Source: an uncultured Phycisphaerales bacterium (GTDB taxonomy: Bacteria; Planctomycetota; Phycisphaerae; Tepidisphaerales; Tepidisphaeraceae). Taken from it: a stretch of DNA of 64,000 bases. Location: NCBI GenBank assembly GCA_963755915.1, contig CAVWLP010000002.1, forward strand, positions 1,440,001-1,504,000, read 5' to 3'. Shown here one piece after another: positions 51,306 through 61,620 of the stretch. The notes under the pieces are model-generated. The model searched no databases and was not told the DNA's origin. It worked only from the letters and a program-made list of their open reading frames with translations. Every line of letters starts with the position of its first letter. The stretch's first letter is position 1. A program made the translations under genes and the position numbers.

Positions 51306-52990
51306 ATGTCCTACACCGTCCTGGCAAGAAAATATCGCTCGGCCAATTTCGATGAGCTCGTCGGGCAGGAGCACATCGCCAAAACGCTGAAGCGGGCCAT
51401 CGAGACCGACCGCATCGCCCACGCCTATCTCTTCTGCGGCACGCGGGGCACCGGAAAAACCAGCACGGCCAGAATCCTGGCCAAGGCTCTGAACTGCCAC
51501 AAATTCGACGCCCCCACGCCGACGCCCTGCGGGAAGTGCGATTCGTGCGTGGCCATCGCCCGCGGCGACGACATCGACGTCATCGAAATCGACGCCGCCA
51601 GCAACACCGGCGTGGATAACGTGCGCGAAATCATCGAAAACGCGCAGTACCGCCCGTGCGCAGCCGATTCAAGGTCTACATCATCGACGAAGTCCACATG
51701 CTCAGTAAGTCGGCGTTCAACGCGCTGCTGAAAATTCTGGAAGAGCCGCCGGGGCATGTGAAATTCATTCTCGCCACCACCGAGCCGGAAAAAGTTCTGC
51801 CGACAATCCTGTCTCGCTGCCAGCGATATGATTTCCGGAATATTCCCTCCAAGGAAATCGCGGCCCATCTGAAAGAGATCTGCAAGAAGGAAAAGATTTC
51901 CGCGGCCGAGGATGCGCTGGCACTTGTCGCCAAAGCCGGCGCGGGATCGATGCGGGATGCACTCTCCCTCCTCGACCGCCTACTGAGCCTCGGCGACAAA
52001 TCGCTGTCTGCCAAGGACGTCGAGCAAATCCTTGGCCTGCCGCGCGCCCAGGCAGTTTTCGAGCTGGTCGATTCCCTCGGCTCCGGCGACGTGAAACAGA
52101 CGCTGGAGCGCGCCGGCTCGCTCATCTCCGCCGGGCTTTCCCCCGACGCCCTCATCGCCGCGCTGTCGGACCACCTGCGGAACCTGCTCATCGCCCTGAC
52201 CTGCGGCCAGGACAGTGGGCTGATCGACATCCCCGGCTTGGGCGAAGCCGACCTTGCCGCCCAGGCGTCCCGTTTCGAGGCCGCTTCCCTCGCCCAGGAC
52301 ATTGCCATCCTCGAAGAGCTTCGCCGCACCATGCGCCAGAACCAGACGGGCCGGGCCATGCTCGACGCCACTTTGGTGCGAATCGCGCTGGCGGAGCAAT
52401 TTTCACCCATTAACCAGGCGCTGAGCGGCGGTGGGGCGGCGCCCGAAAAAAAAAAGCCTGAAGCGATAAGCCCCCGTCCTGCGGAAGTACCAATCCCCTC
52501 CCCTGGTACTCCCGCCTTGCGCTCTGAGTCTGAGGTTCGAGGAGGGGAGGATGAGGGGGAAGACCAGGAAGTCTTCGACACTCCGGCGAACCCTTCTTCC
52601 GACGCCCTCACCGCGCCTCATACGCCCGCAACCGGCGACCTCTGGTCCCACTACCTTGCCTCGCTCAACAACATCGGCTTTGCGAGCATCGTTCGCATGG
52701 CCAAGCTTACGGCCATTGAATCCGACGTCGCGATCATCAGCTTCCCGCGCACGGCCGAGAGCTTCGTCCGCCAGTGGTCTGCCAATGGCAAAAAGGATCA
52801 GATTGCCCGTGGCCTCACCGCTCTACGCGGGCAGCCGACCGGCGTCCGTTTGGAAATCGACGACGCCTCGCCGGCCCCCGTGCCGGTCGTCTCCACAAAG
52901 CCGGTTGAAGCAATCTCCGAAGCCGAAGCCGGCCCGATCGTACAATTCGTCCTTAAGGAATTTGGCGGCAGACTTGCCAAGGTGGAATGA
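51306..52990 (+). CDS. dnaX: DNA polymerase III gamma/tau (apparent error frameshift ~51655)
   Basis: [33 protein letters not shown] and TILSRCQ motifs. Confidence 0.96.
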
Positions 52991-53328
52991 TGTTCGACGC
53001 CCTGAAAAACCTCGGAAATATCGGCGAAATGCTCAAACAGGCCCGGGAAATGCAGGGCAAGATGGCCGCCCTCCAGGAAGAGCTGGCCCGCAAACAGGTC
53101 TCCGCCGACGCCGGCGCCGGAATGGTCGAGGCGACGGTCAATGGCAAGCAGGAGTTAGTGAAGCTGAAGATCGACCGCCAGAAGATTGACGTTTACGACA
53201 CCGAGATGCTCGAAGCGGTCATCGTCTCGGCGGTTTCCGCAGCTCAAGCTAAAGCTTCCGAAATGATGAAGCAGGAGATGCAAAAGATGGTCGGCGACAT
53301 GGGAATCCCGCCGGGGCTGCTGCCCTAG
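52987..53328 (+). CDS. YbaB/EbfC nucleoid-associated protein
   Basis: QAREMQ..AGAGMVEATVNGK; follows dnaX. Confidence 0.92.
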   Translation: MMFDALKNLGNIGEMLKQAREMQGKMAALQEELARKQVSADAGAGMVEATVNGKQELVKLKIDRQKIDVYDTEMLEAVIVSAVSAAQAKASEMMKQEMQKMVGDMGIPPGLLP

Positions 53329-53364
53329 GCGGAAATTCGATTTTTCCCGGCTACAATTCCGGCC

Positions 53365-54039
53365 ATGGCTTCATTCCTCATCATCGGCCCCCATCCCGAC
53401 GACCAGGAGCTCGGTATGGGCGGTACGATCGCCCGCCTCGTCGAGCAGGGCCATCGCGTTCATATCATCGACATGACGACCGGCGAGCCTACGCCCCTGG
53501 GTTCCCCCGAAATCCGCCAGCGCGAATCCGCCGCTGCCGCGAAAATCCTCGGCGTCCAGCGAACTCAGCTTGGCCTCGTCAATCGCCAGGTCGTGCACGA
53601 CATCGCCAGTCGCCACAAATTGGCCGCGGCCATCCGAGTGCACAAGCCGGACGCCTTATTCCTGCCGTATCCCCTCGACGCCCACCCCGATCACGTTGCC
53701 GTGACGCGCATCGGCGAAGACGCGCGCTTCGACGCCAAGCTTACGAAAACCGACATCCCCGGCGAGCCCTGGTATCCCAAACGTATCATCTACTATTTCT
53801 GTACGCACCTGCGAATTTCCTTCCAGCCGACGTTCTGCCTCGACATCACGGCTCAGATCGAGAAAAAAATGTCGGCCGTCATGGCCTACGAATCGCAATT
53901 CGTGCTCAATCGCAGCCCCGTCCCCGAAATGGTCAAAACCATCGCCGGCTATTTCGGCAGCCGGATCGGAGTCCCCTACGCGGAGCCGTTTTACACGCAC
54001 GAAGTGCTCGGATTCAGCGGACTAACTGAACTGGTCTAA
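53365..54039 (+). CDS. bshB1: PIG-L family deacetylase, BshB1-like
   Basis: [27 protein letters not shown] and YAEPF motifs. Confidence 0.75.
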   Translation: MASFLIIGPHPDDQELGMGGTIARLVEQGHRVHIIDMTTGEPTPLGSPEIRQRESAAAAKILGVQRTQLGLVNRQVVHDIASRHKLAAAIRVHKPDALFLPYPLDAHPDHVAVTRIGEDARFDAKLTKTDIPGEPWYPKRIIYYFCTHLRISFQPTFCLDITAQIEKKMSAVMAYESQFVLNRSPVPEMVKTIAGYFGSRIGVPYAEPFYTHEVLGFSGLTELV

Positions 54040-54794
54040 GAACTCATCCTGTCCGCCGCCAATTCCGCCGGCTCGGGCAAAACAATCGGCGTCAAATCTG
54101 AAATCCTGCGGATGACGAAATCCGCAAGCGCATGCGTCCGCGCGAGCGACATCGGCTGCTTCAGCGCCGTCCGCATCCCCACCCGCCGCGCTCCCATGAC
54201 ATCGTTCCTAACGACATCCCCCACAAACAGTGTCTCGCCGGCCGGCGTCCCGATCTCCGCCAGTGCCCGGCGGAAAATCGCCGGGTGCGGCTTGCGCTTT
54301 CCAAACTCACTGGAATAAATCCGCACTGGAAAAAACTCCAGCAGACCCAGCTCCCGCAAATGCCGATCCAGCAGCGGCGACGTGAACCAGGTGTTGGAGA
54401 CGATCCCCATGCGAATCCCCGCCTCGCGAAAGCTCCTTAGTGTCGCGATCAAATCCCCTTCGATCGAACCATATTCCACGATCGGCCGATACCAGAGCCA
54501 CGCCATTTCGTCCATAAATTCATCGGTATCCGGTGCTCCCAACCGGGCGGTTCGCCTTCGCATTAGTTGAACGATGTTGAATTCCCTGCCGGAAAGCCGG
54601 GAAAGAATCAGCCCCGCCCTCACCGCGGCGACATTCCGCCGCCGATATCGCTCCAGCGCCGGCACCGCATATCCCGCCTCGGTCAGCTGCCGATGCGTAT
54701 CCCTTGCGCCAATCTCGACGATCACTTTCACATCCAGCGGACGAAAATCCACCAGGGTGTCCCCCAGATCGAAAATCACAGCCCGCAGCGCCAT
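54036..54794 (-). CDS. HAD-superfamily hydrolase
   Basis: [19 protein letters not shown] and FVGD..NDV motifs. Confidence 0.9.
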   Translation of the reverse strand: MALRAVIFDLGDTLVDFRPLDVKVIVEIGARDTHRQLTEAGYAVPALERYRRRNVAAVRAGLILSRLSGREFNIVQLMRRRTARLGAPDTDEFMDEMAWLWYRPIVEYGSIEGDLIATLRSFREAGIRMGIVSNTWFTSPLLDRHLRELGLLEFFPVRIYSSEFGKRKPHPAIFRRALAEIGTPAGETLFVGDVVRNDVMGARRVGMRTALKQPMSLARTHALADFVIRRISDLTPIVLPEPAELAADRMSS

Positions 54795-54889
54795 CTGATC
54801 GCATAATCTACCGACCTTCCCCGCACCGGCAAACGTGCAATCCGTCCGCGACATGGCCGCCGGGTTGCATCAAGTAATCCCCAAGCCGT

Positions 54890-55390
54890 ATGCTCCCCGC
54901 CATGCCCGTTCTGGTCATTCTATCGCGCTGGCTGCATGTGATTTCCGCGTGCCTGGCGATCGGCGGGCTCTTTTTCTTCCGCTTCATCCTCCCCCGCGCC
55001 CTCCAGGGCCTCGACGAAGCCGGCTCTGGTCAGGCATTCCTCGCCTGCCGTCGCACCTTCAAAATGCTGATCCACACGGTCATCCTGCTCCTGATTCTCA
55101 CCGGCATTTACAACACCTGTCTCGCGTGGGACAAATACAAGCTCGATGAGGCCGTGCTTCACTCCCTCTGGGGCACGCACCTGCTCCTGGCTGCCCTGGC
55201 GTTCGTGATTCTGCTTTACGTCCTGTCCGGCAAACAGCCGCCGCCGTCTCATCGCAAGCTGATGGGCGTTGGCTTCCTGATCCTCCTGTTGACGGTCGCC
55301 GCCTCTTCCTCGCTGAAATGGGCCCGCGAGCGTGCGGTTGCCCAGCATTCGCTCGAACCCCCCCCAATTGAAAATCCTCTGGCGCCGTAA
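54890..55390 (+). CDS. CopD-like four-TM membrane protein
   Basis: RWLHVISA..IGGLFF..LILTGIYN. Confidence 0.6.
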   Translation: MLPAMPVLVILSRWLHVISACLAIGGLFFFRFILPRALQGLDEAGSGQAFLACRRTFKMLIHTVILLLILTGIYNTCLAWDKYKLDEAVLHSLWGTHLLLAALAFVILLYVLSGKQPPPSHRKLMGVGFLILLLTVAASSSLKWARERAVAQHSLEPPPIENPLAP

Positions 55391-55914
55391 TGACCTACCT
55401 GCTCCACATCCTCCTCTTTCTGATCGCCCGTTACCTGCACATCGTCTGCGCCACGGTCCTCGTCGGCGGAACGCTTTTCTACGAAATGGTGGTCCCCCCC
55501 GCAATCGACGACCTCAAGCCCGAACAGCAGCTCCTCATCTTCGCTCGCGCCAGGCTCTTCTTTAAATGGCTCGTCTGGCTCGCCTGCCTCCTGCTCCTCT
55601 TCAGCGGCGTGATCTGCACCTATGGCCACTGGGGCGAGTACAACCGCATGGAAGGCGTCTCCGCCAGCCCCTTCGCCCGCCCCGGCTGGTGGTGGGCCGC
55701 CCACGCAAGCTGCGGGACGCTCTCCGTCTTCATCGCCATCAGCCTCACCATCGGCAAGGCGCCCCCCAGCCAGCCCATCCGCTGGATGCGCCTGAACCTC
55801 ATGATCCTGCTCCTGGTAATGTTCCTTGCCACGGTCACCCGCCAGACGCGACTGGAATCCTCCGCGCAGACGTTTTACGGTCCAACCGAATCCACCGAAA
55901 TAATTTCGCCGTGA
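55390..55914 (+). CDS. CopD-like four-TM membrane protein (tandem paralog)
   Basis: RYLHIVCA..VGGTLF..LLFSG. Confidence 0.6.
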   Translation: MTYLLHILLFLIARYLHIVCATVLVGGTLFYEMVVPPAIDDLKPEQQLLIFARARLFFKWLVWLACLLLLFSGVICTYGHWGEYNRMEGVSASPFARPGWWWAAHASCGTLSVFIAISLTIGKAPPSQPIRWMRLNLMILLLVMFLATVTRQTRLESSAQTFYGPTESTEIISP

Positions 55915-56375
55915 GCCCCGATTCCGACCCATTTCACTCGCCTGCGCCCGAGCCCGATCGCACCATTGCCCCGGGCGTAACCGTCGCCCCCGGCGGCATG
56001 ACCATCGCCTTCTCCCGCGGCAGCGGCCCAGGCGGCCAAAACGTCAACAAGCTCAACACCAAAGCCGAGCTGTGGGTCTCCCTCTCGCAAATCGTCGGAT
56101 TGTCCCCCACCGCCCTCGATCGCCTCCGCGGCCTCGCCGGCCGGCGGCTCACCGCCGCCGATGAGGTTCATCTTGTCAGCGATCTTCATCGAACCCAGGA
56201 AGGCAATCGTCGCGAGATACTGGAGCGATTGCGCGAGCTTATCGTCCAGGCCATGCGCCAGCCCAGGCGCCGCCGCAAAACCCGTCCAACCGCCGCCTCG
56301 CGCCGTCGGCGCCTCGATTCCAAGCGGCGTCAATCTCAAACCAAGCGAACCCGCTCGGGCCGCGATTGGGAATAA
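55911..56375 (+). CDS. arfB: Alternative ribosome rescue peptidyl-tRNA hydrolase ArfB
   Basis: SGPGGQNVNK, RTQEGNR and RRKTRPT..RRRRLDSK motifs. Confidence 0.92.
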   Translation: MSPDSDPFHSPAPEPDRTIAPGVTVAPGGMTIAFSRGSGPGGQNVNKLNTKAELWVSLSQIVGLSPTALDRLRGLAGRRLTAADEVHLVSDLHRTQEGNRREILERLRELIVQAMRQPRRRRKTRPTAASRRRRLDSKRRQSQTKRTRSGRDWE

Positions 56376-56425
56376 ACCCGCGTCAGTGGTATTTCCGATT
56401 TGCCCCCGCCCGCCGGACCTAATAA

Positions 56426-56848
56426 CTACTCTTCTTCCCCGAATTCCTCTTCATCGTCTTCGTAATCGTCGTCATCGTCGGGATTGTCGAAGTCGTCCTC
56501 CTCATCCTCGTCTTCGTCGTCGTCCTCCTCTTCTTCATCCTCATCTTCCTCTTCATCGTCGAACTCGTCGTCCTCGACCTCCTCGTCGATGTCTTCGTCC
56601 TCTTCTTCCTCTTCTTCGTCCTCGGCTTCGGCTTCCTCTTCCTCCTCTTCTTCGTCTTCCTCTTCGTCCTCCTCCTCTTCGGATTCCGCCTCGTCCTCTT
56701 CATCCTCCTCGTCTTCGTCCGCCGGTTCCTCGGCCGGCTTGCGCTTCGCTGCCTCGGGGAGAGGCCCGAGCGAATCCAGCCACCACAAATCGCCCGTTTC
56801 CAGACCCGGCGCGGCCAGACCCATCTTTGCCAGTGCCGTCAAAACCAT
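56426..56848 (-). CDS. Hyperacidic (Asp/Glu tract) hypothetical protein
   Basis: GAGGGAG RBS; D/E tract of ~95 aa with mixed GAR/GAY codons. Confidence 0.65.
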   Translation of the reverse strand: MVLTALAKMGLAAPGLETGDLWWLDSLGPLPEAAKRKPAEEPADEDEEDEEDEAESEEEEDEEEDEEEEEEEAEAEDEEEEEEDEDIDEEVEDDEFDDEEEDEDEEEEDDDEDEDEEDDFDNPDDDDDYEDDEEEFGEEE

Positions 56849-57020
56849 TGCTCCCTCACCGCCTGAATATTGTTCGCGAATCATAATTCCAATCCCAGTT
56901 TCACGTGCATGCAACTTCTGTAATCGACCGGCCAAACTGGCCAAAGTGGCGGCATTTAAACGAGACGCATAGGGCGCGTCAAGGGAGAATTGCCCCCTAT
57001 TTGCTAATGGTTTTCTCCCC

Positions 57021-59250
57021 CTACCTAACCCCATGCCGCCGCAGCCGTAGCGCGTTGCCAATCACCGTCGTATCTGATAGCGCCATAGCCCCCGCCGCGA
57101 TGAGCGGATTGAGCAATCCAAATGCCGCCAGCGGAATGGCCAGCACGTTATACGCGAAGGCCAGAAAGAAGTTCTGCCGTATGACCCGCATGGTCGCCCG
57201 GGACAGCCGAATTGCGGCCGCCACCCCCGAAACATTCCCTCCCACCAGGACGATTCCCCCCGTCTCCTTGGCGACATCCGACCCCGACCCGATGGCAATT
57301 CCCAGGTCCGCCGCCGCCAGGGCCGGCGCATCGTTGATCCCATCTCCCACCATCGCCACCGCCGACTTCCCCCCGTTCTGCAATTGCCGGATCACCTCCG
57401 CTTTCCCCCCCGGCTTCACCTCGGCGCGAAAATCCTCGATCCCCACCTCCCGCGCCACCTTCTCCGCCGCCGCGACTGTGTCCCCCGTCAGCAGTACGAC
57501 GCGGAGATTCATTGCCCGAAGCTGCGCGATCGCCGATTTCGCCTCCGCCTTCACCGTATCCGAAAGCTCGATCGTCCCCAGCAGCGTGACCGAGCCGTTG
57601 TTCACCTCCCCGATATGCACTGCCGTTCCTCCGTCCGCTTCCGCGCGGCTTCAGTCAACCCGTGTTCTTTCAGCAGCGCCCGACTCCCGACCAGATATTT
57701 TTCGCGTCCAGCTCCACCGAAACCCCCAGCCCGGTGAAATTGCTGAACGACTCCGGCTCCCGAATCGTCGCTCCATCCGCTCGGGCCTTGGCCACGATGG
57801 CCTTCGCCAGGGGATGGGCGCTGAATTGCTCTGCCGATGCCGCCAGCCCAAGCAGCTCTCGCGGCGCCATCCCATTCGCCGGCGAAATCGACTCCACGGC
57901 CGGCCGTCCCTGCGTGATCGTCCCCGTCTTATCCAGCACGACGGTCTCAACCCTCTCCGCCCTTTGAAGCACGTCGATGTCTCGGATGAGGATTCCCCGC
58001 CTGCGCTCCGGTCCCCGTCCCCACCATCAGCGCCGCCGGCAGCGCCAGCCCCAACGCGCACGGGCAGGCGATGATCAAAACGCTGCAGGTCGCATTCGCC
58101 ATCTCGGCCAGGGTGATCCCCGCCGGCCAATGTCGCAACGCCCCATACGCAAACCATCCCACCGCCGTCACCAGTGCAATCCCCAGAACCGCCGGCACAA
58201 AAACCGCCGCGATCTGGTCCGCCAGCTGCTGCACCGGCGGCTTGGCCGATTGTGCGCTTTCCACCATCTTCACGATCTGCGCCAGCGCCGTCTCCTGCCC
58301 GACGCGCGTCGCCTTGATCGTCAGCCGCCCATCAGTATTGATTGTTCCCCCCACAACCTCATCCCCCACGCCGCGCAAACCGGCAGCGACTCGCCGGTAA
58401 TCATCGACTCATCCACAGCCGATCGCCCCGCGACAATCACCCCATCCACCGGCACGCGATCCCCCGGCCGGACCAGCAGGCGATCCCCTTTGCGCACCTC
58501 CTCCAGCGGCACCTCCCGCGGCATCTCCGCATCGTCCAGCCGCAGCGCCGTCGGCGGCGCCAGCGTCATCAGCTCCGCAATCGCATGACCTGCCGAATCC
58601 CGCGCCCGCGCCTCCAGCCAATGCCCGAGGCTGATCAGCGCCAGCAACCCCGTCGATTCCATCAGGTAAACCGCCACCGGCTGGGCCCACAATCCCATCC
58701 AATGCCCAGCAAGCGCAACCAGGCTATACCCATACGCCACCGACGCCCCCATCGCGATGAGCGTATCCATATTGCTCGTCCCATGCCGAAGTGCCCGAAA
58801 CGCACTGCTGTAAAACCCGCGCCCGACATAGACAATTGCCACGGTGCTCGTGACCAGCGAAACCCACAACAGCCAACCACCCTGATGCTCGTGCCCCATC
58901 GCCAGCCGCATGATCCAGTGCGTGAGTTCCACCGGAAACCAGAGCACGAGCCCGACAATCGCCCGGCGACGCCACAGCTCCGCGTGATTCGCTGCCGGAC
59001 CGTCATGGTGATGCGAATGTCCGCCATCATCCCCGCGAACCGTCGCTTCATACCCCGTCGCGCTGATCGCCGCCGCCACCGCATCGGGCGTCGTTTTGCC
59101 GGAATCCATCGCCACGGTCGCCCGCCCGCTGGCCAGGTTCACCCGGCAATCCGTGACCCCGGCGACTTTGCTGGCGGTGCGCTGCACCGTGCTCACGCAC
59201 CCCGCGCACGACATCCCCTCGACGTCAAAGGTAATTTCGTCGACAGCCAT
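57021..59250 (-). CDS. P1B heavy-metal (Cu-type) P-type ATPase (several apparent frameshifts)
   Basis: GMSCAGC, TGES, IACPCALGLA, DKTGT, HP, GDGIND and YN/MALS motifs. Confidence 0.93.
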
Positions 59251-59286
59251 CGCCGCATTATAGGCGCAGCGATTTGTGCGCAAACA

Positions 59287-59736
59287 TTATGGCTGCGTGC
59301 TCGGCGCCGCCGGCGGTGGGGGGGGCATCCAGTGATCTAATACGTCGTCGTAAATATAATCCCACTTGTCGCGCTGATCCTCCGTTAAAACCCCCGAAAT
59401 CTCATCGTGGAGCTTCGACAGTTCCAGCTGAACCCGCGGCCGGTTCTCCTCGCGGATCGCCCGCAAATTTCCCTGCGTCTGCGCGATCATCGGCTCAATC
59501 TGCGAAGCCTGCTGTGGCGTCAGATCGAGCCGGCGTGTGAGATATTTCGTTATCCTCGGCGGTACATCCTCCGGATGCCGGATAAAATGCTGGATATTCC
59601 GCACCGCCACGACGATCGTCCCACCGCTCCCGCACACCATCCCCGCAAAAAAAATCACCAGCGCGGCGACGAACCGCACCCATCGCCGTGGTCGCGGCGG
59701 GATGCTCACCATCGGCAGGGGGGGTGGGTTGCTCAT
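59287..59736 (-). CDS. Membrane-anchored periplasmic helical protein (LTxxQ-type)
   Basis: TM helix; LDLTPQQ and VLTEDQ motifs. Confidence 0.65.
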   Translation of the reverse strand: MSNPPPLPMVSIPPRPRRWVRFVAALVIFFAGMVCGSGGTIVVAVRNIQHFIRHPEDVPPRITKYLTRRLDLTPQQASQIEPMIAQTQGNLRAIREENRPRVQLELSKLHDEISGVLTEDQRDKWDYIYDDVLDHWMPPPPPAAPSTQP

Positions 59737-59987
59737 TGGAACGTGGTCCAGACCGGCGTAATCAAATCCCCAAACGGATTTTGCATACCCGTAAACGTTT
59801 GAACTGCGATAAACACCACCACAACCGCCGCCAACCCGCTCAAAATCGCCGCCCCCCACATTGGCCGGGGCTCGGCAGGCGCGCTCTGCTCCACCCGGAT
59901 CCGCCGGATCACGTCATCCGCGACATTCACCGCGCCACCGGGTCCCACTGCCACATCCAGCTTCTTGATAAATTCAATTTCGTTCAC
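59733..59987 (-). CDS. Putative anti-sigma factor
   Basis: GTGA coupling to sigma gene; VADDVIRRI plus single TM helix. Confidence 0.55.
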   Translation of the reverse strand: MNEIEFIKKLDVAVGPGGAVNVADDVIRRIRVEQSAPAEPRPMWGAAILSGLAAVVVVFIAVQTFTGMQNPFGDLITPVWTTFQ

Positions 59988-60589
59988 AAGTTCTTCTCCA
60001 TCAGCTTGCGAAGTTTCGATCGCGCCCGAAACGCCTGCACTTTCACCATCGCCCGGCTCCATCCCGTCAACTCGGCAGTCTCCGCCACGCTGCGGTCTTC
60101 CAGGTACATCAGTGTAATCACCAGCCGGTCGCGCGGCGAAAGCCGCTCCATCACCCGATGCAGCCGGTCGACCGCTTCCTGTGCCGACGGGTCCTCCTCC
60201 GCAGCCGCAATATCCTCCAATTTGCCCCTATCATCGGCCCTGCCGCTTTTGTGCACCTGTTTGACATATCCATATCCCACATGCGTGGCAATGCGATTGA
60301 GCCAGTGCTCCACCGGCGCCCGTCCGGCATATCCGCCCAGGCTGAAAAACGCCTGCACGAAAACGTCCTGCACCAGCTCTTCGACCGAACGCCGATCGCG
60401 GGCGAATCGCCGCATTCGCCGGGCGATCGCCTGCTGATGCCGCTCGACGAGCCGACGATAGGCCTCGGCATTTCCCAAAAGGGTGGCGGCAACGTCCGCC
60501 CGATCGGCCTGGTCGTCCATGTCGGCATCATCCACCAGTTGGCCCAAAGGGGACAGCCCAGGCGAAACCGCCGGGCGGGCCTCCCTCAT
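59984..60589 (-). CDS. ECF RNA polymerase sigma factor
   Basis: EELVQDVF, WLNRIA and SVAETAELTG..VKVQAFRAR motifs. Confidence 0.92.
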   Translation of the reverse strand: MREARPAVSPGLSPLGQLVDDADMDDQADRADVAATLLGNAEAYRRLVERHQQAIARRMRRFARDRRSVEELVQDVFVQAFFSLGGYAGRAPVEHWLNRIATHVGYGYVKQVHKSGRADDRGKLEDIAAAEEDPSAQEAVDRLHRVMERLSPRDRLVITLMYLEDRSVAETAELTGWSRAMVKVQAFRARSKLRKLMEKNL

Positions 60590-61104
60590 TGCTCAGCCGC
60601 CACTTTCGCAAAGAAATCATCCACCGCCTGGTCGGATTGCGAGCGGAAATCCTTGATCTCCTGCCGCTGCTGATCCGTGAGAATCGGCGCGATCTGCCCG
60701 CGAATCTTGCTCGCCAGCACCGCGGCATTTCCGATCGCATTCCCCAAATCGTCGGCGGCGGCGCGAATCGCCTTCTCATCCGGATTCGCCGATATCACCG
60801 CCTCGCGCAGCGCCCGATGCTTCTGCACCACCGGCTCGACCGCCGCGACAATCTCCGCCCGGTGCGATTCCAGAATGGTTCCAATCTGCTGCTTCTGATC
60901 GTCGCTCAGATCCAGCTCCGACCGAAGCACCATCCACCGCCCGATCTGCCCGCGAATCAGCCGCGCCAGCGGGCGATCCGCCCATTGCGTGGTCGGCCCG
61001 GCCAGATCCCCGGCCGTATCCGCCGCCTTCACCCCCATCGAATAGCTCCCCACCCCCAAGAGCCCCGCGGCCGCTAGTCCCAGAAACCATTTGCCAGCTT
61101 TCAT
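60586..61104 (-). CDS. Spy/CpxP-family periplasmic chaperone
   Basis: Signal peptide; LDLSDDQ and ILTDQQR motifs. Confidence 0.82.
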   Translation of the reverse strand: MKAGKWFLGLAAAGLLGVGSYSMGVKAADTAGDLAGPTTQWADRPLARLIRGQIGRWMVLRSELDLSDDQKQQIGTILESHRAEIVAAVEPVVQKHRALREAVISANPDEKAIRAAADDLGNAIGNAAVLASKIRGQIAPILTDQQRQEIKDFRSQSDQAVDDFFAKVAAEQ

Positions 61105-61293
61105 ATGCTGTCTCCTTTGAAAAAGGTCTGTTCAAAGGGATAGTGCTACCACCGCACCGTTTGGTTACAGGGTGATTCTTCTTACCCCCTCTCCCAGTAA
61201 TCTGGGAGAGGGTAGGGGTGAGGGCCGGATAAAAAATGCCCGCAATAGGAGTGACTATAGGAAACCAGAATACCTGGCATCGCTCGAACCGGC

Positions 61294-61554
61294 CTATTTC
61301 TTATAGTAAGCCGTATTCTTCTCAATAAACGCCGCCCATTCCGCCGGCAGATCTTCCTGCGGAAATATCGCCGTCACCGGGCATTCATCCACGCATAATC
61401 CGCAGTCGATGCACGTGTCCGGATCGATGAAAAGCTGCTGGGCCGTGGCAAACGCCTCTTCGTCCTTCGTGGGGTGAATGCAGTCCACCGGGCAAACCGC
61501 CACGCAGGCGGTGTCCTTAACGCCGATGCACGGCTCGGCAATGATGTGCGCCAT
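61294..61554 (-). CDS. Ferredoxin (4Fe-4S dicluster family)
   Basis: CVAVCPVDC and CIDCGLCVDECP motifs. Confidence 0.93.
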   Translation of the reverse strand: MAHIIAEPCIGVKDTACVAVCPVDCIHPTKDEEAFATAQQLFIDPDTCIDCGLCVDECPVTAIFPQEDLPAEWAAFIEKNTAYYKK

Positions 61555-61620
61555 GTAAAAGACTCCTTACTTCAGCCGCCGATTATATGAAGAATTCCTC
61601 CCCCCGCAATCATCCCCTTT

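Noticed and set aside
40678-52990. Pseudogenisation of nusA, infB and dnaX (also argG, rarA)
   Set aside because: These are essential or conserved genes with intact motifs on both sides of single-base shifts; sequencing error is far more likely.
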